Counted from the first letter of the stretch, positions 1 to 9,425 are shown. The stretch: 32,000 nt of DNA from Cerasicoccus arenae (GCF_014651635.1 NZ_BMXG01000008.1:46607-78606), one strand, 5' to 3'. A program made the numbers and translations. Notes: a model not told the origin generated them from the letters alone.

Positions 1-350
1 GTAGTGTCGCTAGCGAATCCGTCACACTGCTTGATCCCGATGGCGACGCTGACGGAGACGGCCAATCAAATGCAAATGAAGACATCGCTGGTCAGAATCC
101 ATTCAATGCTAGTTCTGTCTTCAAGATCATTGAGGCCACAACCAACGAAACGGATCAATACACAATCTGCTGGGTAAGCGTCTCTGGCGTAACTTATCGA
201 ATTGAATCCAGCACATTGCTTAGTATTTCTTCCTGGAGCACTGAAGAAAGCGGCATCGTTGGAACTGGTGAAACGGTTTGCTGGACTGACCCAGTTCCAA
301 TCAGCGGTTGGCCACTCACCTATAAATTTTTCCGCGTTTCAACCGACTGA
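1..350 (+). CDS. 3' end of a CDS that starts upstream of the window: secreted/surface protein C-terminus with an Asp-rich thrombospondin-type-3-like Ca-binding repeat
   Basis: The frame starting at nt 3 is open from the window edge to TGA at 348-350. Translation: ..SVTLLDPDGDADGDGQSNANEDIAGQNPFNASSVFKI..YRIESSTLLSISSWS..YKFFRVSTD. It is absent from the ORF track because it has no in-window start. Confidence 0.6.
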   Translation, partial: SVASESVTLLDPDGDADGDGQSNANEDIAGQNPFNASSVFKIIEATTNETDQYTICWVSVSGVTYRIESSTLLSISSWSTEESGIVGTGETVCWTDPVPISGWPLTYKFFRVSTD

Positions 351-390
351 TTATCGGCACGAATTTCCATAACGCACATTGCCACGTTCC

Positions 391-2244
391 ATGCATTCTA
401 CCCAGTCCTTTATCACCTTTGTTTCATCGTTGATATGGACGACTGCGATAGCCGCGGTGCCCGCTCAAGACTTGGATCGAACACCAGATTGGGCCCAGGA
501 TGTCATTTGGTATCAGATATTTCCTGAGCGTTTTGCCAACGCGGACTCGAGTAATGACCCGACCCGCAAGTCACTCGACGATCCCAGCCGTGTATCCAAA
601 AGCTGGAAGGTCATGCAATGGACAGATGACTGGTATTCCCGCACTAATTGGGAAAAAGAAATGGGCCCGCACTTTTACGATACAGTCTACCACCGTCGCT
701 ATGGGGGAGACCTACAAGGCGTGATTGATCGTTTGGATTATCTTAAAGGGTTCGGTGTAACTGGTATCTATTTCAATCCCATCTTCTACGCCAATTCACT
801 ACACAAATACGACGGCAACAGCTTTCATCACATCGATCCATATTTTGGTCCCGATCCCGACGGCGATCTAGAATTGATTGCTCAGGAAACGAGTAATCCC
901 AGCACTTGGCAGTGGACAGCCGCCGATCAGCTTTTCCTTGAACTACTTCGTGAAGCCAAGACTCGGAATATCCGTGTCATCATTGACGGCGTCTGGAACC
1001 ATACTGGTCGGAATTTCTTCGCCTTTCGTGACATCGCTAAGAACTCCCAAAAGTCCCGCTATGCCCGCTGGTATGACATCATTGCATTTGATGATCCCCG
1101 CACGGCCCGCAATGAATTCGATTATCATGGTTGGTACGGCTATAAAAGCCTGCCGGAGTTTGCAAATGATCCCTCTGGTCAGAACCTGGCACCCGGCCCC
1201 AAACGCTATGTCTTCAGTGCGACCGAACGCTGGATGGACCCCAACGGCGACGGCGATCCCTCCGACGGCATCGATGGCTGGCGCCTAGATGTTGCGGAGG
1301 AGCTACCTGCCGGATTCTGGCGCGAATGGAACGCCCACGTCCGCACCATAAACCCGGAGGCATTCACCACGGCTGAGATCTGGGGCTCGTCCGCCAAGTT
1401 CCTTGAGGAAACACACTTTAGTTCGGCGATGAATTACCGAGGATTCGCCATCCCAATCAAGGGCTGGCTGGTCGATGGAAAAATAAGCGCAAGTGAGTTC
1501 GCCCGACGACTCGATCACGAGCGTAATTCACGCAGTCCAGAAGCGGCGCGCATTCTTCAAAACCTCGTAGACTCGCATGACACCCAGCGCATTGCATCTA
1601 TGATCGCGAACAGAAGCAGCTTTCAAGGCTACAAATCCGAAGACTGGTTTGACTATGACGACAGTGAGCGCGTCAGCGCGCGCACAAAAGGATACAATCT
1701 CGCCGCCCCCGACAAAGACGGACGACGTATCTGGAAGATGCTTGCACTTTTTCAAGCAACTTACGTTGGCGCGCCGATGATCTATTACGGGACTGAAGCC
1801 GGAATGTGGGGGGCAGATGACCCTGATGATCGCATGCCAATGTGGTGGGCGGAAATGGATTTTTCGCCACAAAACTTACGCCCGAATGGGCAACCGCGCT
1901 CAACTCCCCAACCCGCAGGCTTTGATCAGGAAATCTTTGATTCCTACCAAGCTGCCTTTCAACTAAGAAATGAACACCCAGCATTACGACAGGGCGATTT
2001 CCAAGTATTGGAAGCGCGCGATAACGCGCAAGTGCTGGCGTTTGAGCGCAAACTTGGCAATGAAAGACTCGTAGTCATTTTTAACAGAGGCAACGACGAC
2101 GCACGCGTAGACAGTAAATCGGTAAACGGACTATCCCTACTTTACTCCACAGACCCTGCTGCCAATGCTTTCCGCATCCCTCGTCTGAGCGCGGCCTTGT
2201 TCGGCGTTAAATCAGTCTCCGAATCTATAGAGCCTCAATTGTAG
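391..2244 (+). CDS. Secreted glycoside hydrolase family 13 (alpha-amylase / neopullulanase-like)
   Basis: The track ORF 379..2244 starts at TTG. The first ATG at 391 gives MHSTQSFITFVSSLIWTTAIAAVPAQD, which is signal-peptide-like. All four GH13 conserved regions are visible: DGVWNHTG (I), GWRLDVAEE (II), EIWG (III), LVDSHDTQR (IV). Confidence 0.9.
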   Translation: MHSTQSFITFVSSLIWTTAIAAVPAQDLDRTPDWAQDVIWYQIFPERFANADSSNDPTRKSLDDPSRVSKSWKVMQWTDDWYSRTNWEKEMGPHFYDTVYHRRYGGDLQGVIDRLDYLKGFGVTGIYFNPIFYANSLHKYDGNSFHHIDPYFGPDPDGDLELIAQETSNPSTWQWTAADQLFLELLREAKTRNIRVIIDGVWNHTGRNFFAFRDIAKNSQKSRYARWYDIIAFDDPRTARNEFDYHGWYGYKSLPEFANDPSGQNLAPGPKRYVFSATERWMDPNGDGDPSDGIDGWRLDVAEELPAGFWREWNAHVRTINPEAFTTAEIWGSSAKFLEETHFSSAMNYRGFAIPIKGWLVDGKISASEFARRLDHERNSRSPEAARILQNLVDSHDTQRIASMIANRSSFQGYKSEDWFDYDDSERVSARTKGYNLAAPDKDGRRIWKMLALFQATYVGAPMIYYGTEAGMWGADDPDDRMPMWWAEMDFSPQNLRPNGQPRSTPQPAGFDQEIFDSYQAAFQLRNEHPALRQGDFQVLEARDNAQVLAFERKLGNERLVVIFNRGNDDARVDSKSVNGLSLLYSTDPAANAFRIPRLSAALFGVKSVSESIEPQL

Positions 2245-4447
2245 CTAATGCGGGAACCGAAATCACGATGCCTTCGACCTCCCGTCCACTGCCTTCATAA
2301 ACGCCTTCTGCGGACACCAACTTAACGTGGACTTTTCGGTCGGGAATTTGAACGCCGCCGCGCCGATTATCGAGCCGCACCACCACTTCATCGCCTTCAC
2401 GCTTTGCAAAATAGCGAGTGAGAACATACTCGTTTTTTTGATAGCCGTAGCCTTCTCCCGCATCTTCGTAGAGATCACCACTCGCCATTTCGTTTTCATC
2501 GAGGCATACGATAAGAGTCAGTGGGTTCAGCGATCTCTCATTGGTATTCTGAATGACCCGACCCAGCGGCAGAATTGCCCCTCCCCGGACATATACACTC
2601 GGCTGAAATCCATCCTGCTCCTCCTTAGAATCAAGCACAGAAAAACTACGCCAGATCCCGTCTGGCAGTTGCGGTTCTTTCGCCCATTGCGGAACAACAA
2701 GAACATCAGGCCCAAGCAAAAAAGCATCGTCCTCAGCGCGCAAGTCCATGTCCTCGGGATCGGCGAAGAACACTGGCTGCATAATGGGGTCACCGTTCTG
2801 CGATGCCTTGAATACTAGCGTGTATAAATAAGGCATGAATCGGTAGCGACGCTCGAGCGCGGTGCGCGACACCTGCTCAACCTCTGGACCAAAGGCCCAC
2901 GGTTCACGTGGCGGATTATCCACCGAAGTGTGTGCACGGGCAAATGGATAAAAGGGTGCCATGACAATCCACCGGGCAAATTGCTCACCATCAATGTCAC
3001 CAATAAAGCCGCCAATATCCGGGCCGCTCATCGGTTGCCCGGACAATCCAAGATTGAGTGACATAGGAACAGACGTTTCCAGAAAACTCATATCGGCACC
3101 ATTATCCCCAGTCCAGGTAGCCGCAAATCGCTGGCCCCCGACGAAGTTTGCGCGAGTCAACACGAAGGGACGACGGTCGGGATTAGCGCGTTGGATACCG
3201 TCACGCGAAGCAGCAGTCATCAGCATGCCATAGACATTGTGATAGAGCTTGTGTGGGCCTGCCGGTAAGATGCCCCCACCGCGATGCCAATTATCTTCAG
3301 GCATTGTGCCATCTGGTGTATCAAAGACCGAGGGCTCGTTCATGTCGTTCCAGACACCATCCACGCCCATTGCCATAAAGTCCTGATATTGGTCTGCCCA
3401 CCACTTCCGGGCGGTCGGCATGGTAAAATCGGGGAAGACACATTCACCCGGCCAAACCTTGCCTTCGAACACATCACCCCGCTTCGTTTCCACCCAAATA
3501 TTCTCGCGGCTTCCGGATCGATAAACATCGTAATTCGGATCAATCTTCACGCCTGGATCGATCATCCAAACCGAGTGAAAGCCTTTTTCATGCAGGTAGT
3601 CATTCGTCGCTTTGGGATCAGGGAAATGATTCGGATCAAAGGTAAACACGCGGAAACCGTCCATGTAGTGAATGTCCATCCAAATCACATCACAGGGCAA
3701 TCGACGCTGGCGGAATTCGTCTGCAATTTCTCGAACCTTAGCATCTGGATAATATGAGTAGCGGCATTGTTGAAAGCCCAATGCCCATTTGGGCGGCAAC
3801 GGCATAGTTCCGGTCATTTCCGCTAAGCCACGAACGACGGCTTGCGGAGACTCCCGGTCAATGACAACGACTTGAAATGCGGAGCCTTCCGTTTCAAAGA
3901 CTATCTCGTCATCTTTCGTCGCAAGCTCAGCCTTCCACGAGGAGTCAAACAAGACCCCGAAGGCGCTGCCATCGGGGCGTACGCCCAATACCCAAGGATG
4001 CGATTGATAGAGGCGCTGACCACCGTCTTTCGAGTAGCCGTAATTGTCTGTGTTCCAAAGCTTGATTGACTTGCCATTACGAAGCAAAGGCCCCGTGACT
4101 TCGCCTGTGCCGTATAAACTGGAGCCAGCAGGAACACGTAAGGACGCGCCTGCGTGACCATCTTCATCGAAAAACTCTGGAACCAGCATCCAATCCCGAG
4201 GGAGTGCTCCAATGAGTTCTGGCTTTTTCGCCAACGCCATGGAAGGCGTTAAATTCGCGCTATATCCATCTGGAACAAAGAGCGCGATACCGTCGCTAAT
4301 TTCTGCCTGCTGCTCTATCGCAACTGATCGACGCGCAGCCCAGGCATTGGAAGAAACCAACAGACATAAACAAAACGCGATGGCTTGGAGAAACACTGGA
4401 ACAGAGAGGCGAGTAAAATCGCGATTTACCTTATCTGGGATATTCAT
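2225..4447 (-). CDS. Secreted glycoside hydrolase family 31 alpha-glucosidase
   Basis: 740-aa ORF with a hydrophobic N-terminus ending ..SSNAWAARR. GH31 signatures are present: DVIWMDIHYMDGFRVFTFD and GVWNDMNEPS (the WxDMNE nucleophile region). Its 3' end overlaps the GH13 3' end by 20 nt (convergent). Confidence 0.9.
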   Translation of the reverse strand: MNIPDKVNRDFTRLSVPVFLQAIAFCLCLLVSSNAWAARRSVAIEQQAEISDGIALFVPDGYSANLTPSMALAKKPELIGALPRDWMLVPEFFDEDGHAGASLRVPAGSSLYGTGEVTGPLLRNGKSIKLWNTDNYGYSKDGGQRLYQSHPWVLGVRPDGSAFGVLFDSSWKAELATKDDEIVFETEGSAFQVVVIDRESPQAVVRGLAEMTGTMPLPPKWALGFQQCRYSYYPDAKVREIADEFRQRRLPCDVIWMDIHYMDGFRVFTFDPNHFPDPKATNDYLHEKGFHSVWMIDPGVKIDPNYDVYRSGSRENIWVETKRGDVFEGKVWPGECVFPDFTMPTARKWWADQYQDFMAMGVDGVWNDMNEPSVFDTPDGTMPEDNWHRGGGILPAGPHKLYHNVYGMLMTAASRDGIQRANPDRRPFVLTRANFVGGQRFAATWTGDNGADMSFLETSVPMSLNLGLSGQPMSGPDIGGFIGDIDGEQFARWIVMAPFYPFARAHTSVDNPPREPWAFGPEVEQVSRTALERRYRFMPYLYTLVFKASQNGDPIMQPVFFADPEDMDLRAEDDAFLLGPDVLVVPQWAKEPQLPDGIWRSFSVLDSKEEQDGFQPSVYVRGGAILPLGRVIQNTNERSLNPLTLIVCLDENEMASGDLYEDAGEGYGYQKNEYVLTRYFAKREGDEVVVRLDNRRGGVQIPDRKVHVKLVSAEGVYEGSGREVEGIVISVPALATIEAL

Positions 4448-4799
4448 CTAATACTCGTTTATAATGATAAACCCCGTGCAGTGTGCAGGCTATGTTTATT
4501 CGACAGTTAAGCAACCTTGGCCTTCTGAGGCTTAAAGCTCATTCAGAAGTTTTCTATTAAGCGGGTATCATTGTTGACGTCACCTTCTGCGAATTCTCCA
4601 AGCTTTTTTTTGGGGGAGGATACTACGCTCTCAATAGTCTGCATGGCTACAAGAAAAAATAATCAAGGCTGATGCCTAAGCGCTCATTCTTCCGCAACCA
4701 AAACTCTTTAGATTAATTTGTGTTCATTTTAGGTGAGTTTGCCTCTCAATTGACACGCATCGCTTGACCTTTCACATTCATACAATAAGAAATTCAACT

Positions 4800-6464
4800 A
4801 TGGCTGCGCTAAAAAAGACTATACTCATTGGAATTTCTCTGGCTACCACTCTAGCCTTTGGTATTGATGCCGGAGATGTCGATGGGACGGATTTGGCAGA
4901 TACAATTGTCATTGGTAGTTCAAATATTTCTTCAGACCAAAACCTGACTTATAACGACGGAACAGGCAACCAGACCGGTTCGGCGACTTCCGCTTATTCT
5001 GTCTTCAATGCCAATTCCGCCACCCCCATCAACCTCAACGCCAAGGCTGGGGCCGATAGTATTACTGTAAACGGCTTTGGCGCGACCGAGATCAATATCG
5101 ACGGCGGCTTTGGCTATAACACCATCACGATTTCTTCCGGGGCCACTTTAATTGGTAATATCAATGGCGGCAGTGAATCGCAATCCAGCTCCGCCAGCAA
5201 CACCATCAATCTCAACGGCACAGTCTTGGGCGACATCGGGAACGCCAGCATAAGCGGCACCGGCACGGATAGCTCTGGCCTCTTTATTCAGGGAGCCGTC
5301 GGCACAATAGATGGTGACTATAAGCCAGCCTATAACGTCACCCTAGAGTATGTCACCATTGGCAATGCCTCCGGTTATGGCAGCGGCGTTACCGCCACCG
5401 GCTTGATCCAAATTTCGAATTCCACCATCAGCGGTAAAATCGACAATCGCCTGAGTCCCGAAGAAGCGGGCATTATCATGGATAATGGCGGCGGCTCAGA
5501 CATTCTCTCCCGTGGCCCGATTCAGCTCCAGCAGTCCGGTGCCACAATTATCAGTAATATCGAAAGCTCTTCTCAAGCACCGATCAGTGTCCAGCAAGGC
5601 GGTGGTGGCGCAATCCTTTCACGAGGCGTCATCACCATTAATGAGGCAGGTTCCGGCTTGATCGAAAACCTGCAAGTCGCGCCCGACGCTGATAATCCCG
5701 GGATTTATGTAACGCTGGGCGGTGGCGGAGATATTAGCTCCGATGGTCCCGTTCAAATGAGCACTGGGGGTGCTGGCTTGGTAATGTCCTCAGATACAAC
5801 GTTAGGCTCGGGAGGTAACGCTTCAGAGATTATGGGCCGCGATATTGAAGCTTTGGATTATGTGGACAAGGTAACGCTGCAGTCTGGCTCTTCCTCCGAG
5901 AAAATTTCCCTCGGAGATGGAAATGATTTATTCATCGTCGAAGACCTGACGAATGTAGCCCTAAGCGGCCTCGCCGACGCCTCGACTGGAGACAGTGACC
6001 TGTTCTCAGCACAAGGATTCACGATCGCTGATCTCGGTTTGTTTTTTCAATCGGATGGCGCCGTGGTTCATCTAGGGGACGACATTACCGAAGGATTCAG
6101 TTTGGCGAATTTCGAACTGCTTGAGTTTACCGATGACGATGTTTCAGAGGCTGAAGCAGCGACCTACGGCGAGAGCCTGACCCTGATTTTCTTTGACCCT
6201 GAATTCTCCGATCCACTGGAGAGCTTGCAGGTTTACATTAATGGCGCGCTCAGCGACGAATCCACGTTGACGGATTACATGTTACCGACCGATGGCACGA
6301 CTACTCAGTTCACCTTTACCGGAGATAACCCTGACAATGGGAATCCCCTCCAATTCGACTTCTACGCCACGGTGCCAGAACCACGCTCCACAGCGGTTCT
6401 GCTCATGCTAGCCATTGGTAGCCTTGCCATGGTGCGCCGTCGGAAAACAATCCACAAAGCTTAA
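4800..6464 (+). CDS. PEP-CTERM-anchored surface protein, paralogue A (554 aa)
   Basis: The track ORF starts at TTG 4764. ATG 4800 gives MAALKKTILIGISLATTLAFG (signal peptide). The C-terminus VPEPRSTAVLLMLAIGSLAMVRRRK is a classic PEP-CTERM sorting signal. Internal Gly-rich repeats include GGGAILSRGVITI, GGGDISSDGPVQM and GGGSDILSRGPIQL. Confidence 0.85.
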   Translation: MAALKKTILIGISLATTLAFGIDAGDVDGTDLADTIVIGSSNISSDQNLTYNDGTGNQTGSATSAYSVFNANSATPINLNAKAGADSITVNGFGATEINIDGGFGYNTITISSGATLIGNINGGSESQSSSASNTINLNGTVLGDIGNASISGTGTDSSGLFIQGAVGTIDGDYKPAYNVTLEYVTIGNASGYGSGVTATGLIQISNSTISGKIDNRLSPEEAGIIMDNGGGSDILSRGPIQLQQSGATIISNIESSSQAPISVQQGGGGAILSRGVITINEAGSGLIENLQVAPDADNPGIYVTLGGGGDISSDGPVQMSTGGAGLVMSSDTTLGSGGNASEIMGRDIEALDYVDKVTLQSGSSSEKISLGDGNDLFIVEDLTNVALSGLADASTGDSDLFSAQGFTIADLGLFFQSDGAVVHLGDDITEGFSLANFELLEFTDDDVSEAEAATYGESLTLIFFDPEFSDPLESLQVYINGALSDESTLTDYMLPTDGTTTQFTFTGDNPDNGNPLQFDFYATVPEPRSTAVLLMLAIGSLAMVRRRKTIHKA

Positions 6465-6471
6465 TTGTGCC

Positions 6472-8136
6472 ATGAAATCACCATCCTATCTTAGTCATTT
6501 CCGGCCAACATTGATCACACTGCTCGGCGTCTGTCTTACCGGATCTTCGTTTGGGCAAACGGTCGACGGAACAGACCTTGCGGACACCATTTCGATTGGT
6601 GGCAGCGCCATCAGTTCGGACAATACCTTGACTTATGATCTTGGTGATGGAGGCGGTTCGCAAACCGGCACAACCACACCGGACTACTCACAGTTTAATT
6701 CCACCCCAATTGTGCTGGACGCGAAGGATGGCGATGACAACATTTCGGTCAGTGGCACCCCGACGGTGAGCATCAATGTTTTTGGTGGGTTGGGAACCAA
6801 TACCATCAAGGTGCCAGCGGGGTTCTACTTGATGGGTGACATCCAAGCGGGAAGCGTATTGCCCATTTCTTCGGACAACAGCAGCATCGAAATCTATGGC
6901 CATGTCCTCGGTGATGTTGGTTACGGCGATGTCTTGATTTTCGGAACAGAAGGCGATGCCGCCAGCCTTAGCGGATCAATTGGTACGATCGATGGAGAGG
7001 AAAGACTGGCCCACAATGTCACGCTGAGTAATGCCATCGTGGCCAATGCGGGAGGAGGCACCGCGATTAAGGCCAATGGACGCATCATTATTAACAACTC
7101 TGTGATCAACGGCGAAGTGGATAATCGCTTTAGTGTCGATGAAGACGGTGTGGACATGGAAGACGCTAGCTCCGCTACCCTATACTCAAATGGTCCCATT
7201 TTCATTAAAAACGGCGGCCCGGGCGTGATTGATAATTCCACCAGTACTACTCAGGCGTCCGTCACCGTCATCCAGGGCGGCTCGGGCAACATCACCTCAC
7301 GAGGAGAAATCATCGTCTACCAGGGCGGTGGTTCGGCGTTCACCAACACGCAATTAGTTCCCGATACTGACAACCCGGGCGTGCTAATCTCGCTAGCAGG
7401 CGGCGGCAATGTAACATCGGATGGCGAGGTCATCATTGAGACAGGCGGCATCGGTGCCATCAATGCGCCCAAGGTGGTGCTGGGAGGCGGTGCCTCGGGG
7501 GCAGACATTACAGGCCGTAATTTGGCTGTCTTGGACTTTGTCGACAGCGTTACGGTCAAAGCAGGCGGCTCAGTCAATAGCGCCAGCCTTGGCCTTGGAA
7601 ATGATACTTTTAAGATCGAACAATTCACCGATGTCTCCGCGGGTGAAACCATTGATGGCGGTGAAGGCGAGGCGGACATGTTCATGCTCGAAGGCATCTT
7701 AATTACCGATTTCGCCGTGATCTATAATTATGCCGAGGTCGGTTTGTATTCGCAGTCAGGCAACATTACTTCGGCCATCGATTCCACTAATTTCGAGGAG
7801 TATATCGTCACCGACGAAAGCGTCAGCGAGGCGGATGCTGCAATTTACGGAGCAGAACTCGTCCGTATCTTTTATGATACAGAGTTCTCCGGACCACTGG
7901 CAAATTTACTGTCCTACGTAAATGGCGTCCTTTACAGCGAAACTGAATTGGAAGACTACGAATTACCCTCTGACTCCGATATTCAAACGCAATTCACTTT
8001 CACGGGCAACAATCCTATCAGTGGAGAATTCCTAACGTTTGAATTCACTTCCTCCGTTCCTGAGCCGCAAACCTATGCCATGATCCTGGGTCTCGTATGC
8101 ATATCTGTTCTCATGGTACGACGCAAAAAGCAGTAA
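6472..8136 (+). CDS. PEP-CTERM-anchored surface protein, paralogue B (554 aa)
   Basis: ATG 6472 (MKSPSYLSHFRPTLITLLGVCLTGSSFGQ) lies 7 nt after the stop of paralogue A. The track start 6415 would overlap A. The C-terminus is VPEPQTYAMILGLVCISVLMVRRKKQ. The protein is colinear with paralogue A over its whole length. Confidence 0.85.
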   Translation: MKSPSYLSHFRPTLITLLGVCLTGSSFGQTVDGTDLADTISIGGSAISSDNTLTYDLGDGGGSQTGTTTPDYSQFNSTPIVLDAKDGDDNISVSGTPTVSINVFGGLGTNTIKVPAGFYLMGDIQAGSVLPISSDNSSIEIYGHVLGDVGYGDVLIFGTEGDAASLSGSIGTIDGEERLAHNVTLSNAIVANAGGGTAIKANGRIIINNSVINGEVDNRFSVDEDGVDMEDASSATLYSNGPIFIKNGGPGVIDNSTSTTQASVTVIQGGSGNITSRGEIIVYQGGGSAFTNTQLVPDTDNPGVLISLAGGGNVTSDGEVIIETGGIGAINAPKVVLGGGASGADITGRNLAVLDFVDSVTVKAGGSVNSASLGLGNDTFKIEQFTDVSAGETIDGGEGEADMFMLEGILITDFAVIYNYAEVGLYSQSGNITSAIDSTNFEEYIVTDESVSEADAAIYGAELVRIFYDTEFSGPLANLLSYVNGVLYSETELEDYELPSDSDIQTQFTFTGNNPISGEFLTFEFTSSVPEPQTYAMILGLVCISVLMVRRKKQ

Positions 8137-8221
8137 GCTGGCGTCTTTGACATTGGTTTGCCCACAAGGTTAACCACAGAGTAGAGTTTGCATTCTGCTG
8201 CAACTCGAATAGGGGTAATCT

Positions 8222-8761
8222 ATGAAGCATTACAACTACCAGCAAAGGCTCCATCAGCTTTGGCAAAAGGCCGTTGAACAATACGAATCCGGCCAACGCG
8301 GTTCGGGCACGTATTTCACAGCCGAGGAAACGCAATGGCTCGCTGATAACGGAGTAACTCCACAAGAAATCTATGACTTTGCGGAAGATTTCTCCCGTGG
8401 CGGCGAACCAGATTATACAACCTTCGCCATGGTAACCGAAGTGCGGCGCTCTTACTTTCTTCATAAAATGGAGGGGCAGCGCACTGGCAAAACAGTCGAC
8501 CCGTCCACCTACCCAGCCAAGACCGAGGAAGTCGACGGTATCGTCTGGCTGCCACGGCTGATCGCAAAGGCGAAGGCCAAACTTCGTGGTGAGCTCGACT
8601 CGAACACCATGTATGGCTGCGCTGGTGACAGGAATTTTTTCCGCACGTACGACATTCATCCGGCGGATTTTCTCCGTTTTGTGGAAAAACACATCGACGA
8701 TGACCGGGCCGTCGTGGAATGGGTCAAGGGCCAGTCCATTGCCGTAAATGCCATGGCATAA
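8222..8761 (+). CDS. DUF5069-like protein with ~85-aa N-terminal extension, paralogue 1
   Basis: 179-aa ORF. The C-terminal half, DGIVWLPRLIAKAKAKLRGELDSNTMYGCAGDRNFFRTYDIHPADFLRFVEKHIDDDRAVVEWV, matches my memory of the DUF5069 pattern (G-hydrophobic-x-LpR-hydrophobic-DKaRakl-G-L...Y...D..ff...gi....F). There is no signal peptide. Confidence 0.6.
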   Translation: MKHYNYQQRLHQLWQKAVEQYESGQRGSGTYFTAEETQWLADNGVTPQEIYDFAEDFSRGGEPDYTTFAMVTEVRRSYFLHKMEGQRTGKTVDPSTYPAKTEEVDGIVWLPRLIAKAKAKLRGELDSNTMYGCAGDRNFFRTYDIHPADFLRFVEKHIDDDRAVVEWVKGQSIAVNAMA

Positions 8762-8773
8762 TAAAGCACTAAA

Positions 8774-9298
8774 ATGAGCTATAAATACCACACCCAGCTG
8801 GAATCCCTTTGGAAAAAGGCGGTCAGCCAATATGAAGCCGGACAACGCGGCTCAGAAACCTACTTCACTGAAGATGAAGCACAGTGGCTCGCCAGTAACG
8901 GCCTTACGCCTCAGGAAATTTATGATTTTGCGGAGGATTTCGTTACCGTTGGTGACCCTGACTTTACAACATTTGCGATGATCACCGATGTTCGGCGCTC
9001 CTATTTTCTCAACGAGATGAAGGGGGAAAAATCCGGCAAAACCATCGATCCATCCACTTATCCCCCAAAAGACTCCGAGGTAGATGGCATCCGCTGGCTA
9101 CCGCGAATCATTGGCAAGGCGCGCGCCAAACTACGAGGGGAGTTGGACGCTGATACGATGTATAGCTGCGGTGGTGACCGGAAGTTCCTCAAGGAAAATG
9201 ACATCCACCCTGCCCAGTTTCTCAACGTCGTCGCCAATCACTTCGACGATGACAAAGCCATTATCGGCTGGGTGAAGAAGCACATCGCCAAAAGCTGA
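8774..9298 (+). CDS. DUF5069-like protein, paralogue 2
   Basis: 174-aa ORF starting 12 nt after paralogue 1. By eye it is roughly 60% identical to paralogue 1 along the full length (LW.KAV.QYE.GQRGS.TYFT..E.QWLA.NG.TPQEIYDFAEDF ... DGI.WLPR.I.KA.AKLRGELD..TMY.C.GDR.F). Confidence 0.6.
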   Translation: MSYKYHTQLESLWKKAVSQYEAGQRGSETYFTEDEAQWLASNGLTPQEIYDFAEDFVTVGDPDFTTFAMITDVRRSYFLNEMKGEKSGKTIDPSTYPPKDSEVDGIRWLPRIIGKARAKLRGELDADTMYSCGGDRKFLKENDIHPAQFLNVVANHFDDDKAIIGWVKKHIAKS

Positions 9299-9425
9299 AT
9301 TGCTTCGGAATAAATCGCCTTGGTGTGGCTCTTCCTTTGAGGCCGTTGTGTAATTCAGGATTGCCCACTAAGGGGATTTTTTGATTTGCTGACTTCCACA
9401 AACGCCACACGGCGACCGATCCATT

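Noticed and set aside
6415-6471. Upstream extensions of ORF-track starts (also 379-390, 4764-4799, 17407-17418, 18743-18868, 20931-20960, 20884-21054, 22317-22349, 27779-27868)
   Set aside because: These extensions begin at TTG/GTG, overlap the preceding gene or add non-homologous residues. Internal ATGs give canonical signal peptides, prepilin leaders or family-typical N-termini.
8111-8845. 244-aa ORF on the - strand
   Set aside because: It is entirely antisense to the two DUF5069-like genes and runs across their intergenic gap. It has no recognisable motif. The + strand genes are supported by paralogy and family motifs.
9340-9385. Possible terminator after the second DUF5069-like gene (CCCACTAAGGGG + ATTTTTTG)
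   Set aside because: The stem is only 3-4 bp, too weak to call.
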